DNA of 55,619 bases from contig NC_068987.1 of NCBI RefSeq assembly GCF_001194135.2, positions 33,107,144 through 33,162,762 of the forward strand. Reading direction: 5' to 3'. Shown one piece after another: positions 38,517-50,273 of the stretch. The DNA comes from Octopus bimaculoides (Eukaryota). Every line of letters begins with the position of its first letter. The stretch's first letter is position 1. A model generated the notes under the pieces. That model was not told the origin of the DNA. It saw nothing but the letters and a program-made list of their open reading frames with translations, and made no database searches. Made by a program: the position numbers and the translations under genes.

Positions 38517-38702
38517 CATAAGGAGTGGCAGAGTCGTTAGCATGACAGGAAAAATGCTGAGCAGCATTCACCCATCTATATGTTCTGAGTTCAAATGTGC
38601 CTATTATCCTTTCGGGATAAGTACCATTTGAGCCCTGAAAACGATGTAATCGACTTAATCCTTCTCCCAAACTTGCTGGCTTTGTGCCAAAATTTGAAAC
38701 CG
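38517..38702 (+). mobile_element. SINE family 1 copy, head-to-head with the previous one
   Basis: tggcagagtcgttagca...ctgagttcaaat...atcctttcgggataagtacca...gctggctttgtgccaaaatttgaaacc. Confidence 0.8.
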
Positions 38703-39329
38703 ATTGTGGCACAAGGACTGAAATTTTGATAGGAAGCGATTAGTCATTTACATCAGCCCCAGCTTATTGTCGATGCAGCCAGCTGTGGCCTTAATAATAA
38801 TAACAAAAATTATAATTTTTACTAGATATTTTCAGGAAGAAAACTGCAGATTATGCTGTGATTATTATGTTGTAAAAACGAAAGACTCTAGCAGAATCGC
38901 TGGTGAAAAGAGACAACTTACTGTTAATCTACTCATCAAATCATTCAAACTCAGACAGTAGGACCACACAAGCAATTAGAGCAAGAAATTATGCCATTCA
39001 CGCTAACAACTTTGTCACTTGCCGCATTTCAAAGATACAAGATGATAACGAATACTAATATAGGAACAAGGCGGCAAAATGTTACTTGCAGTTTCGTTAA
39101 CCAGCCAACAAGGCTCAGAATGTCAGACAAAGCACGGTCGCTCAATATGTCAGACAAAACAGTCAAGTTCTCCTTCATTTATGCTACGATGTCTTACCAG
39201 GGAAAACACGTAAAATTATGTATTCCAAGGTTACCCTAAAAAACGATGTGTGTGTTATTCTGTGTTTAAGTCTATCCCCCCTCCGCTTCACCGCCAATGA
39301 TTTGTTTCCACTCCTATTACTTAGAGGTG

Positions 39330-39445
39330 CTGTAAAAGCGACCGATAGAAATGTATCAAACTTTTAAAGGAAATAAGTACAGTGGTCGATTCGTTTGACT
39401 CAATCGTTTCAAGGTGGATTCCCAGCATGGCCACAGTCTTCTGAA
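39330..39445 (+). mobile_element. CORE-type SINE (family 2) 3' fragment
   Basis: aaagcgaccgatagaa...ggtcgattcgtttgac...aaggtgg...ccagcatggccacagtc. Confidence 0.6.
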
Positions 39446-39582
39446 ATATATAGAAATTTACGAACAAGTTTCAGTCAGGCTAATTTGGATAATTAAACAT
39501 AAAATAAGATAAGGGAGATATTTTAAAGGGATCAAGTGCATGAAGAGAGATAAATACGAGTTGTTTTACTGATTGCTATACA

Positions 39583-40509
39583 TATTAGGTCAAGTATAAA
39601 ATTTGTAGCAAAGAAAAAATGTTTGTTAACGATTTATACAAATAATATTGGTTCAGTTGACTAATCTGTTGGTAAGTTTCTGTATCATTTGGTTCAGTTA
39701 GCTGCAGTACACTTCGGATGTGATTCATTAGCTTGGCCTAATGAACTCATAAAGGATCACACCTGCGCCAGACAACCAAACTCACACCATCAGCTTCTGT
39801 TGATGAATTTTGCTTTTTGCACTGCGTTTTGGTAGCTCGTCTTAGTCCAACCATTGTGTTGAACCTTTACGGTTGTTGTATTGGATCCATTTTTCATCAC
39901 ATGTTACAATTCGATTAAAAAATGATTCTGTAACGAGAAAGTAGCACAATGCAGACTTCCAAACGTTGCTGTTTTTGATTTTTATTGAGTTCGTGTGAAA
40001 CCCACTTATCCAGTTTTTTCACTCTACCGACTTGAACTAGGTGAGTAAATATTGTTTGCTTGCTAACAACGAACAACAACGATAATTCACGGGGACTTTG
40101 AGATGGATCTAACTTGATGGTGGCTTTCAGTTCTTCAGCGTTGCTCATTTGTGAGGTCAAAGTTACAAAAACAAAATTTTGCAAACCAATTTGATACTGT
40201 CTGCAATGTAATAACATTAGAATGAAATACTCAATTAATATTCGTAGCTGTCTGTGATGCTGTATTTCCAAGAAAGAAATCATATTTCAAAACCATACGA
40301 ATTTCTGAGGTATCCATCTCTAAACAAAAATAGCAAAAAACGATTTATAAAAGCTTTATAAAGTGCAAAGTTAGTTAGAATAAAGAAATAGATGTGTTAG
40401 CTTTCTAACAAAAAATATAGATTGTCAAAATATGATAATGGTGCAAAATGAGCAGCTGTCAAAATTTACCATATACCTTACTATAAATTTCATACTTGAC
40501 GACCTAATA
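39583..40509 (-). mobile_element. Internally deleted mariner with both TIRs and TA ends
   Basis: Left tattaggtcaagtataaaattt matches the reverse complement of the right end (tattaggtcgtcaagtatgaaattt). Translation gives KLDKWVSHEL, NRIVTCDEKW and KLMV*VW...GVILYEF. The C-terminal catalytic half is missing. Confidence 0.9.
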
Positions 40510-40733
40510 AATCATTAATGATTCAGTATTTTTTCGCAGTTGGTGAAAGAAAAGAACAATGTGGCCGAAAGAGCAATACTCAAAGGATAGGCGAATAAAA
40601 AAAAAATTATAATTAGGTTATCAAAGTTGATTGTTATGTCAACGGAATGTTTTGTTTTTGTATCCTTGCGAGGGAAATATGGATATGTTTCAGTCTATTA
40701 CAATTCCTCAGCGTAGTTTATTTACACAAACAG

Positions 40734-40881
40734 CTCATTTTGCACCATTATTATATTTTGACAATCTTAATTTTTTGTTAGAAAGCTGATACATCTATTT
40801 CTTTATTCTAACTTTGCGCTTTATGAAGTTTTTATAAATCGTTTCTTGCTATTTAAGTTTAAAGATGGATACCTCAGAAAT
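40734..40881 (+). mobile_element. Inverted partial copy of the subterminal region of the adjacent mariner
   Basis: Reverse complement of 40301-40452 (atttctgaggtatccatct...ataatggtgcaaaatgag) with few mismatches. Confidence 0.9.
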
Positions 40882-41030
40882 AAGTTCATAAAATTATATT
40901 GATAGAAAGGACAACAAAAGAAAGAGTCCTCTATATTATATAAATAGAGGAATTTATCTGTAAAAATATGTCATACTTATTCAGTAGCTATAATAAAACT
41001 CCGAGTTTCGGATGCCGGGTTGGGAACCCT

Positions 41031-41316
41031 CGCCGCCATCTCTTCAGTTATCTGGCCATTCCTGTGAAAAATGATCGTTAAACAAAGGAAAATTACTGTG
41101 TGGTTGACCGTTATTAAGACAAAAGAGCTATGGCCCGCTAAGTAAGGTGAGGGAGTAAAGGTAAGGGAGTAGAAAAATCTATAGTGTTCGTGTAATCGCA
41201 GCAATCCTTACATTCACCTATATGTATATACTCAACCCGCTCGCTTGTGCGGGTACGTGCCAAGTTAATTTTTCACAGGAATTTTCAATGGCAGGATAGC
41301 TGAAGAGATGGCGGCG
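41031..41316. repeat. ~290-bp element bounded by 42-49 bp inverted repeats
   Basis: cgccgccatctcttcagttatctggccattcctgtgaaaaat pairs with atttttcacaggaattttcaatggcaggatagctgaagagatggcggcg. Internal hairpin acccgc-N8-gcgggt. Confidence 0.8.
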
Positions 41317-41919
41317 TCACATATGTGTCACATATTTTTACAGATATATATATGGAAAGAGAGAATGTGTTAGAAATAAATTTTGTCAGTAAACTATTTG
41401 AATACAACATGAAATATATCATTCCGGTATGTAGTTATCAAAATCTATGCACTTTCCTACTTGCGTAATGCATCTTAGGATATTTTAGTTTATATGAAAT
41501 GTTTGCTTGACTAAAGTTGATATATACATAAGCTTAAAACCAAATAGCAGCAACATCGACTACAGCATCAATAGGGAAAATAAGAGTCTGAAATCTTCAA
41601 ATGTTTAAATATTTTCTGCAACAATCTCCCATTGAATGTTTGTAACGTTGGTGAATGGTGATTGGATTGATATTTCGTAAGTACTTATCAGTCCCCATTC
41701 CTTTATGAGATAGTGGTTTGTAGAAAGAAAATATACACGGGAGACAGGTATTAAATAACGTACCGTCTATCGTTATAATTACGGTCGAGTACCATGTATG
41801 AGTGTGAGTAAATTTGTGTGATGGTGCAAGTGCGTGTGTTTGCGTGTCTGAGTTAATATGTAAACCTGTGTTTTTGTGCATACATATGTGTGTTTGTGTG
41901 TGTGCGTGTGTGTGTATAC

Positions 41920-41956
<37 letters not shown>

Positions 41957-43329
41957 NNNNNNNNNNNNNNNNNNNNNNNNNNNNNNNNNNNNNNNNNNNN
42001 NNNNNNNNNNNNNNNNNNNNNNNNNNNNNNNNNNNNNNNNNNNNNNNNNNNNNNNNNNNNNNNNNNNNNNNNNNNNNNNNNNNNNNNNNNNNNNNNNNNN
42101 NNNNNNNNNNNNNNNNNNNNNNNNNNNNNNNATATACACATAAGCATTCACCATACAGATGGGGGAATACGACCTAGCCTCAAGTCAAAGGTCTGATTAA
42201 CCCCACCTCCTTCCCCAATGAAACCAGTAACACAACCAATGCCGAGTAGAGGTGCATCACAACGCAAATTAAGAGCAAAATCTTCCGCATATTCGCAATT
42301 GCTTACCGAAAATAATCTATTAAATTTTCCATGTCTGCAAATGTAATTTTCATTTTCATATTTTTTTTTTGCCATATATATTCTACACTATTTTCATAAG
42401 CTAGTATATCTTCAATAATGGTTTTGGTAGAAGCAATTAAGTGTTTCTCAAATCGTAATCACCGCTCTAATACTATCCTTCTACATCATTACATATATTT
42501 CATTAAATTATTGCTATAAATGTACACATTATCTTGTATTTCTTATGACGTAATTTCACCAGGACACTTTCTCCATAATATGCGATATCATAATTGAAAC
42601 CTTTAATTTTTAATACTTTACTTCGTCATAAATCTTTTTTATCACCCACTTTTACTTTCCATAATAATTATAAGTTTTGAGTCATCACAAAATATATTCG
42701 TTAAAACAAAAGCGCAAAGAAAAAAAAAAGAATGCAAAAAATGCTCTTTTAATGGAATTTTGAATAAATCACTCCGTTGCTTAATGCATTGACTTTCTAC
42801 ATTCAGACTATTGAAAGTTATTTCTTCTCTAAATCCTACCAGCTAGCAGAACTATATATCTGTCTGTATCCACGCCGCAAACCTTGCAGTAACATTCGAA
42901 TCTATTCACATCTAATTATCTATCTTAATATTATATTAAAACACCCATTTTTCTGACCCTTTAACATAACCTTCCATTCTCCTTAGTATTTTCACTACAT
43001 ACATGCGCGCACACACGCACACACACTCTCACTCCCTCCCCGCACAACCACACTGACACACGTACACAAACACTCCTTTCTATGTGTTGTTTTAAAAAAT
43101 TAACTAATTACACAAAATTATTTTTCTTCGCTTTGAATTTCGTTATGAGTTCTCAGCAAAGAGTTAGTAAATCATGAGCTACCTACTATATTGTATCTTC
43201 ATAATCCGTTGTGATCAACTTTACCTTTCACCCTTTCGGGGTCGATAAAATAAGTACCAGTTGACCTGGTGCCAAAAATTTGAAATCAGTATTATCAAAC
43301 TTCATGTTGTTGATATCAATGAGTTATTT

Positions 43330-43559
43330 CCTTTCTACGACATCTCTTTCAGCGACTAGACTGCGGCCATGCTGTGGCACCGCCTTGAATCTTTTAGTCA
43401 AACGAGTCGATCTCAGTAATTGAATTATTAAATCCTGGTACATATTCTATCGCTCTTTTGCCGAACTGGTAAGTTGCTAGGACGTAAACGTACTAACACC
43501 AGGTTTGAAGCAGTAACGGAAGACAAACTCAGTCACAAGGGCAGGAATACAGACAGATA

Positions 43560-43597
<38 letters not shown>

Positions 43598-43729
43598 CAC
43601 ACAAACACACACACATATATATATACNNNNNNNNNNNNNNNNNNNNNNNNNNNNNNNNNNNNNNNNNNNNNNNNNNNNNNNNNNNNNNNNNNNNNNNNNN
43701 NNNNNNNNNNNNNNNNNNNTATATATATG

Positions 43730-43765
<36 letters not shown>

Positions 43766-43915
43766 TGTATATACATATGTGTGCGTGCGTGTGTGTGAGT
43801 GCATATACGATGGGATTTCCTCAGTTTCTGCTTACCACATCCACTCACAAATCTTTGGTCAGCTCGATGCCATAGTGGAAGACACTTCTCCAAGGAACCA
43901 CACATCTTCGCCCGT
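43330..43915 (-). mobile_element. CORE-type SINE (family 2), near full length, spanning a gap
   Basis: gactgcggccatgctgtggcaccgcc at the left and atccactcacaaatctttggtc...gaagacacttctccaagg (CORE-like ccttgggcaagtgtctt on the minus strand) at the right. Confidence 0.8.
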
Positions 43916-44229
43916 GAACATTTTGTAATTATATAAATTATACTTATCAAAATTTTTCCTAATTAATTTTCAACTGATAACTCGGAGTGCGTGATATCGG
44001 GAGAGGATGATATGTGCTTTAGAATTTCAAACCGAGCACTAGAATAACACATCTGGTGAAATTAGTGACGTGGGAATAAGGACGCTGTATCCCCTGTCGG
44101 GCCATTTCAACTCTGTTGACTTGCTGAAAAACATAAAGCTTTGGATTGATTCTTTGGTTGTTTTCAAGCATTTTATAATATATTAGTTCTTCATAATTCC
44201 AACAAAATTAGATAAGTGTCTTCCGTAGA

Positions 44230-44570
44230 TGCAGCTCTGATGTGGTTCAAGTTGTTGTTTACTTGTCAGACCTTAACAATGCCTTCCTCTGCTTCATACT
44301 GGCGTGAAAATGTTATCTTTCACTGTCGGTGACGATACAGTAAATAATTCCACAAATAGTTTGTTTTCAGTCGAGCAACCTGGGATTGATGGAAGAGCGC
44401 TGAAGTTGTCTCGTTTGTTCAGAGAGTGTGGTACATATGAACCGAGTTTTTGGACCTTCACTTTCGAGTGAATGTGACAGGCAACAGTGTCCTAAGAACA
44501 TTCTATCTACTGGGCTATTTTCCTAACGGAATCTCGTGTAGTGACTGTTTTAATCGAACTTCATCTTGAG
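44230..44570 (-). mobile_element. Highly degraded mariner fragment
   Basis: The minus strand reads KVQKLGSYVPHSLN (WVPHEL-like) and IVTDSER (IVTGDEKW-like). Confidence 0.55.
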
Positions 44571-44589
44571 TATGAATAGAGGAGATAAC

Positions 44590-45312
44590 ACTTTACACGG
44601 AGTAGCCGCCTCCAATTGGCATCCTAGCCTCTAGGCGTCTGGAAGCAAGCACATACTGTGTCTCTGGGAAAATCTTCGAACACCTAGATCTTGACTACCA
44701 GCTCAGCCTTCGTGTTGCAAGCAGAGGGGTTGGTGGCTTTTTCAACCGCACCCCACTCATACTAATGCATGGGATTACAATCGGAGAAATTAGGTGGCCT
44801 GAAGTTGGGACTAGTGAAGTCGAAGAAATTGTCCTTCACCCAACTCTGACACATCCCGGAGTTATTACAAGTAATCGAATCCGGCTGCCACACGTATTGC
44901 CAACCAACAGCAACAATTTCCAACCAGGAATTCATCCCAATCCTCACCTACACTCACTGGGGAGTCACCCAAAGAGCATCACAACTTGGAGGGAGCTTTG
45001 TTTTCATGATACGTGGGACATAACGTAGAATATTGGCAAGTTACCTGTTCGGCTGGGTTTTGTACAATTGGCCCTGGCAGACGTGTCTTTATGTGAGAAG
45101 AACCAGATAAACTCCAGTTGAAGAGAATTCCTCAGCTTGCTTGAGAGTTTCTTCAAGGGGTTCTCCTTAGCCATGAGCGTCAGAATTTAGCCCATACGCC
45201 TTTGGAAGAGTTGTAGCGAAGGTCCTTATTCAGGGACCGGCATTATGGAGGTGACTGCAACACCTGTCTATTGCCAACGCCCAGATTCAAATTTATCCCG
45301 AAAACCCCCTAT
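44590..45312 (-). mobile_element. Degenerate DD37D (maT) transposon, second copy
   Basis: ORF 44762-44947 reads YVWQPDS...DFTSPNFRPPNFSDCNPMH, with 37 residues between the second D and the expected third D (mutated to H). It shares ggaaaatcttcgaaca...ctaccagct..gccttc..gttgca with the 9085-9985 copy. Confidence 0.88.
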
Positions 45313-45695
45313 GTTCGGAAAGACTTAATACTTATTCAATCCTCAAAACGATAAGCAGTCGTTTTAGAGGAAGAATACAGCCAGAATAACCAATCAAAAA
45401 AAAAAAAAACAAGACAAAATATTTCTTGTGTTACTTCAAACATCATCGGAATTTGTTTGACAACCCAATAATTTTTGAAACAGAACAAAACAAATTTGTA
45501 AAAATTATGAAGTCTAAGGAGGCTCAAACAAGTCCGTAATTCAAAAATGTAACTTTTCTTTGAGAATGGCTAACAAATACCACTCACTTTTTGTCCCTCT
45601 TCTTGTAAAACTGAATTTTGCTTAAAAGAAATTAGAGTTATGTCACTGAGGTCATGTCACCCGCCGAAAATATTTCACTTCAGACCACACCACAC

Positions 45696-45733
<38 letters not shown>

Positions 45734-45953
45734 NNNNNNNNNNNNNNNNNNNNNNNNNNNNNNNNNNNNNNNNNNNNNNNNNNNNNNNNNNNNNNNNNNN
45801 NNNNNNNNNNNNNNNNNNNNNNNNNNNNNNNNNNNNNNNNNNNNNNNNNNNNNNNNNNNNNNNNNNNNNNNNNNNNNNNNNNNNNNNNNNNNNNNNNNNN
45901 NNNNNNNNNNNNNNNNNNNNNNNNNNNNNNNNNNNNNNNNNNNNNNNNNNNNN

Positions 45954-46016
<63 letters not shown>

Positions 46017-46814
46017 GGCCATTAGATATTCATATTTCTTTCCGTAGGCATTTAATTTCGTTTAAATTGCATTTCAACACATTTCGCATGTATGTCAAAT
46101 CCTATACGCATAAAAGCATCTTTACATGCGTGTATATATACACACATATATATATATATGACTTGCTATATATGCACATACTCACACACCTACACATATA
46201 AGCGCATATAGATATAGATTTGTCTTTTGCGCTTTATCGTATGCATGATGATTTATTTACAACGGATGTAACATCCTGGTAATTTTTCTAAATATTCCTG
46301 ACAAACCCAATAACATTCAACCACTGTATTTTGCTAAAATTATTATATCATTTAGTATATATATATATTTATTTGGAGGTTGGCATGACATAACATATCA
46401 AAGCTTCTTAGTTTTAATTTCATTAGCGTTGCAGGTTCTACTGAACTTAAATCAGTTACTTTAATTATATTATTCCTTGTTAGAGTAACTCCATACAAGT
46501 TATAATATAACATTTTTCCGAAAATCTCTCGATCTCATTAAATTTGTATCCGTTCACTATCAATGTGACTTATTCCGTCTCACACAGAAACAAAAAGACG
46601 CATGCTTGCACGCACGTACACACAGGAACATTTGAAGAAATCAGGTGCACACAAACATATATTCATGTTAAATTATCTATGTCTCTCTCTCTCTATATAT
46701 GCAAAGAAGTATATGCATATGTATGTATGTATGAATATATGTATATATGAATATATGTATATACGTCTGTATGTATTTATGTTTGTACGTAGATCGAGTA
46801 TGCATAGCTAGCTC

Positions 46815-46985
46815 CAAAGGTTTTTTATTCTCTCCGTTTATTTTCTCGTGTTCCTTTCTGTTGAAGAGCGTAGGCTCGAAACGTAAAAGACTATCTCACC
46901 TTCCAGAACATTAAACTAATACACCTGTTTGTTGTTTATACACTCGTCTTCGTATTTTGTTTTTCTATAAATTTCAACTATGTAT
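46815..46985 (+). mobile_element. Penelope-like terminal repeat fragment (copy 2)
   Basis: gttcctttctgttgaagagcgtaggctcgaaacgtaaaagac...taaactaatacacctgtttgttgt matches 19350-19440. Confidence 0.65.
46850..46891 (+). ncRNA. Minimal type I hammerhead-ribozyme-like motif (variant core CUGUUGA)
   Basis: Same fold as 19351-19392, with a putative GUA cleavage triplet. Confidence 0.5.
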
Positions 46986-46989
46986 ATAT

Positions 46990-47300
46990 TCTTTTATTCT
47001 TTTATTCTTTTACACGTTTCAGTCAGTTGACTGCGACATTGCTTGACCACTGCCTTAAAGGCTTTTAGTCAAGAAATCGACGGCCAGGCTTATTCCTTGT
47101 AAGCCTAGTACTTATTGTATCGGTCTCTTTTGCCGAACCGCTAGTTTACGGGTGAAATAAGCACACACCATCGGTCGTAAAGCAATTGTGGTAGTAGTGG
47201 GGATAAACACAGACACAAAGACTCACACGCATGCACAGACACAGACACACGCACACACACACACACACATGTATATATATATACATATATACATAATGGA
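46990..47300 (-). mobile_element. CORE-type SINE (family 2), 3' half
   Basis: tttcagtcagttgactgcg...gtaagcctagtacttattgtatcggtctcttttgccgaaccgctag followed by a CA-rich segment. Confidence 0.85.
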
Positions 47301-47605
47301 TAATAAAACGACTACTTTACACCTGGTAGCTTATTGGTAAAGCACGGTCACTTTCAGAGTGATCGTTAGGTAAATAACAATTGTTTCTACACATCTTGCA
47401 TCGACTCCTCTTGTTGGACACAGAAAACCGGTTCAGGAGTGTCCGGTGGTGCAGACGTATCTCGTCAGGTGATAAATAAATAGATAAAAAAACTCTTTAA
47501 AATGACTATTCAATAATGCAACTTTCCGTTTTGTAGAGAGAAGACAAAAAGAGAAACGAAAATTATACATGTACACGCACATACACACACACATATATCA
47601 ATCTA

Positions 47606-49020
47606 TCTATATACTATTAAAACTCTCTGATTGCTTGCTTGCTAGCTTATCTGTCATCGAATACAGCCAAACTGGCGCATAATGGAAAAATATTATGAAT
47701 TAAGTTACCACTGAAATGTGAATACAAACAGAATAAAACAAATTTCGCGTAAACCAGACAATAAATCCCTGAGATGTGGGGCCATATTTTTGGGAGGGTG
47801 GATTCATAAATACCCAAAACGGTGCATAACGGGAAAATACTCCGAAAATAACATAACCCTGAAAGGGAAGAAACCTTTCGATTATGATCATTGTCTTCAT
47901 GACTTGAGCAAAAGTCTTAGTGACTTTATCTTGACAACAAAAATGTACGAGTTGTCTTTACAGTAAATGTTTCTATTTTTCGATTTTGTTAAACACAATA
48001 TTTTAATCAGTTAGAAATATTTTTAAGTGATTGTGATTTCAAAAATACATGTTGTTTGTACAGTAAGTATTTATATTTTAACTTTCTTTAAACAGACAAT
48101 ATTTTGAGTTTTTAAAACATTATTTTCAAGTAAATACCATTACAAGACATTTTTGTAGGCATATTTTAAAAATATTTTTAAGTGAAAAATTGTTTGTACA
48201 GTGAGTATTTATATTTCAGCTTTCTTTTAAACAGACAATATTTTAATTATTAAAAAGTAGGTAATTATTTCGTAAAGGGCTTGGTCGTACCTCTGTGTGA
48301 AATATTTTTTTTCCACACGTGTTTTCCAGTGCATTCAATGTATCTCACCGCGAAAGCCGCTGTAAGCCTCTATCTTCCGGAAAAGGGAGGGGTGGTGGGG
48401 ACTTCGGAGTTTCCCGGGAAGCTCCAAGATGCCCACCACCCCTGCACCCTCTTCTTTTCTGGAAGAAAGTGACTTGCGGCACGTTTGGTGTTGAGAGACG
48501 TTGAATGCACTCGAGAAAACCTATCGAAAAAATTATTTCACACCGAAGTAAGAATGGGTCCTTTACGAAATATTTACCCGAGACAGGCATGCGAACAGAA
48601 GGATCGTTGAGATTGATAAAGCAAGGGCTGAGCGTCTGGTGGAACAGAGAGAAAGAGACAGAAGCAGGAGAGATCAGGAATCGGACACTCGGAGAGCTGA
48701 GCGTCTGGCGAAACAGAGGGAAAGCAGGAGGCATCATGAATCGGATGCTCATGTAAATATAAAAAGAATAAAACACGTTTTGCGTAAATCGGAACACGGG
48801 TTACTGAGATACGCCGTTTTTTGTAGTACCTTTAGAAATAGTCAAACTGGCGTATAATTGGAAAAATGCATTGAAAGTAAGGTACCATTGAAATGTGAAT
48901 GTAAACGGAATAACACAACTTTCGCCTTACGCGTGACTCGGACCACGGATTCCCGAGATATGTGGGTTTTTTCGGGTAACTGAACTATTGATAATCCAAT
49001 GAGCCACGGGTAGTCCAGTC

Positions 49021-49023
<3 letters not shown>
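47606..49023 (+). mobile_element. Non-autonomous Helitron-like element (possibly two fused pieces)
   Basis: 5' a|tctatatactattaaaac and 3' agccacgggtagtccagtctag|t give TC...CTAG termini in an A|T site. An internal charged peptide, AERLVEQRERDRSRRDQESDTRRAERLAKQRE, resembles RepHel N-terminal repeats. Internal duplications are present. Confidence 0.55.
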
Positions 49024-49073
<50 letters not shown>

Positions 49074-50188
49074 CATGTGTGTGTGTGTCTATTATACACA
49101 TACACGCAGAGGAATATACAAATACATGCATACTTACATACGCACATACATACATACATACATACATACATACATACATACGCACATACATAGTATTTTT
49201 TGTTTGACAATGCATTTCGTAATACTGAAATATGAACATTTATACCTACCTACCTACCAACCTACCTACCTACCTACCTACCTACCTACCTACCTACCTA
49301 CATACATACATACATATATACATACATGCATACATATATATACATACATATATATATGTGCGTGTATGTATTATTTTATGAATGTATTATGAAATGTAAT
49401 ATATTTTAATATAATATATGAAGCCTTTAATTCATTTATATTTTTAATTTATTGCGTTTTCGATTACAACACAAAACATTCTTTGTACATTTCTGAAAGT
49501 TTTTGAGATATATTAGTATATTAATAACTCGAAATATAGCTAAATCTCCATGTATTTACTGTTGAAAGAAGTCTGCATAAATGCGAGAAATTTGTATTCT
49601 ACATTTCTTCGATTTTTATAGAATATGTATTTGCTGTCGCAAATGTTATATAAGTTGTATAGATTAAGATATTCTCATTTTTAATTTCAGGCTGATAATG
49701 CCTTGAGCGGTACATCTACGAATACATCACGTTCCAAGGAATACATTTGTCTATTAGCAAAATATATATATTTTTTAATATATATGCTTCAATTCTTTTA
49801 CATTTATTTAACTTATTCAAGATATTTAGTTACATAGCACTTTACGCAGCTTTTTGTGCTCATTCGTAGATGTCATTCTTAAAATAGGTTTAAAGATTTC
49901 TTTGTGAAATAATTATATTAATTCTCATAAATATAGCTAAAACTGTATGAAAGATGGATTCTGTAAATGCAAGTCTGAAAAGTAACAGATATTTCTGTCC
50001 GAAATTTTCGCTGCCTACGGGGGAGCCCCTTACTCATTATGTGAAACATTTTAAGAGTCTAAAACTCTCACTGGAACATAAGTAATGTCTATTCCCAGTT
50101 TGGATAAAATCAGTTGAAAAATACAGCTGTTATAATCTTTTACACACACACACAAACACTGACAAAAAGGGATATATATTATAGATAT

Positions 50189-50192
<4 letters not shown>

Positions 50193-50271
<79 letters not shown>
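50193..50271. repeat. (CA)n microsatellite (one of many; others at 2557-2640, 43560-43612 and 45700-46013)
   Basis: Direct reading. Confidence 0.98.

Positions 50272-50273
<2 letters not shown>

Noticed and set aside
41635-41682. ATG...gatatttc|gtaagt and the similar atgcgtttcacctcttt|gtgagt at ~15279-15301 as first coding exons
   Set aside because: Isolated donor hexamers are expected by chance in 55 kb, and there is no promoter, acceptor or homology support.
1742-45953. Thirteen N-gaps that could hide content
   Set aside because: Nearly all are flanked by simple repeats, as expected from short-read assembly failure. Nothing can be inferred about their content or true length.
49670-49870. 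Strong plus-strand acceptor (attctcatttttaatttcag) followed by an open frame
   Set aside because: No donor found, and the downstream peptide has the F/Y/I/L composition of AT-rich non-coding DNA.
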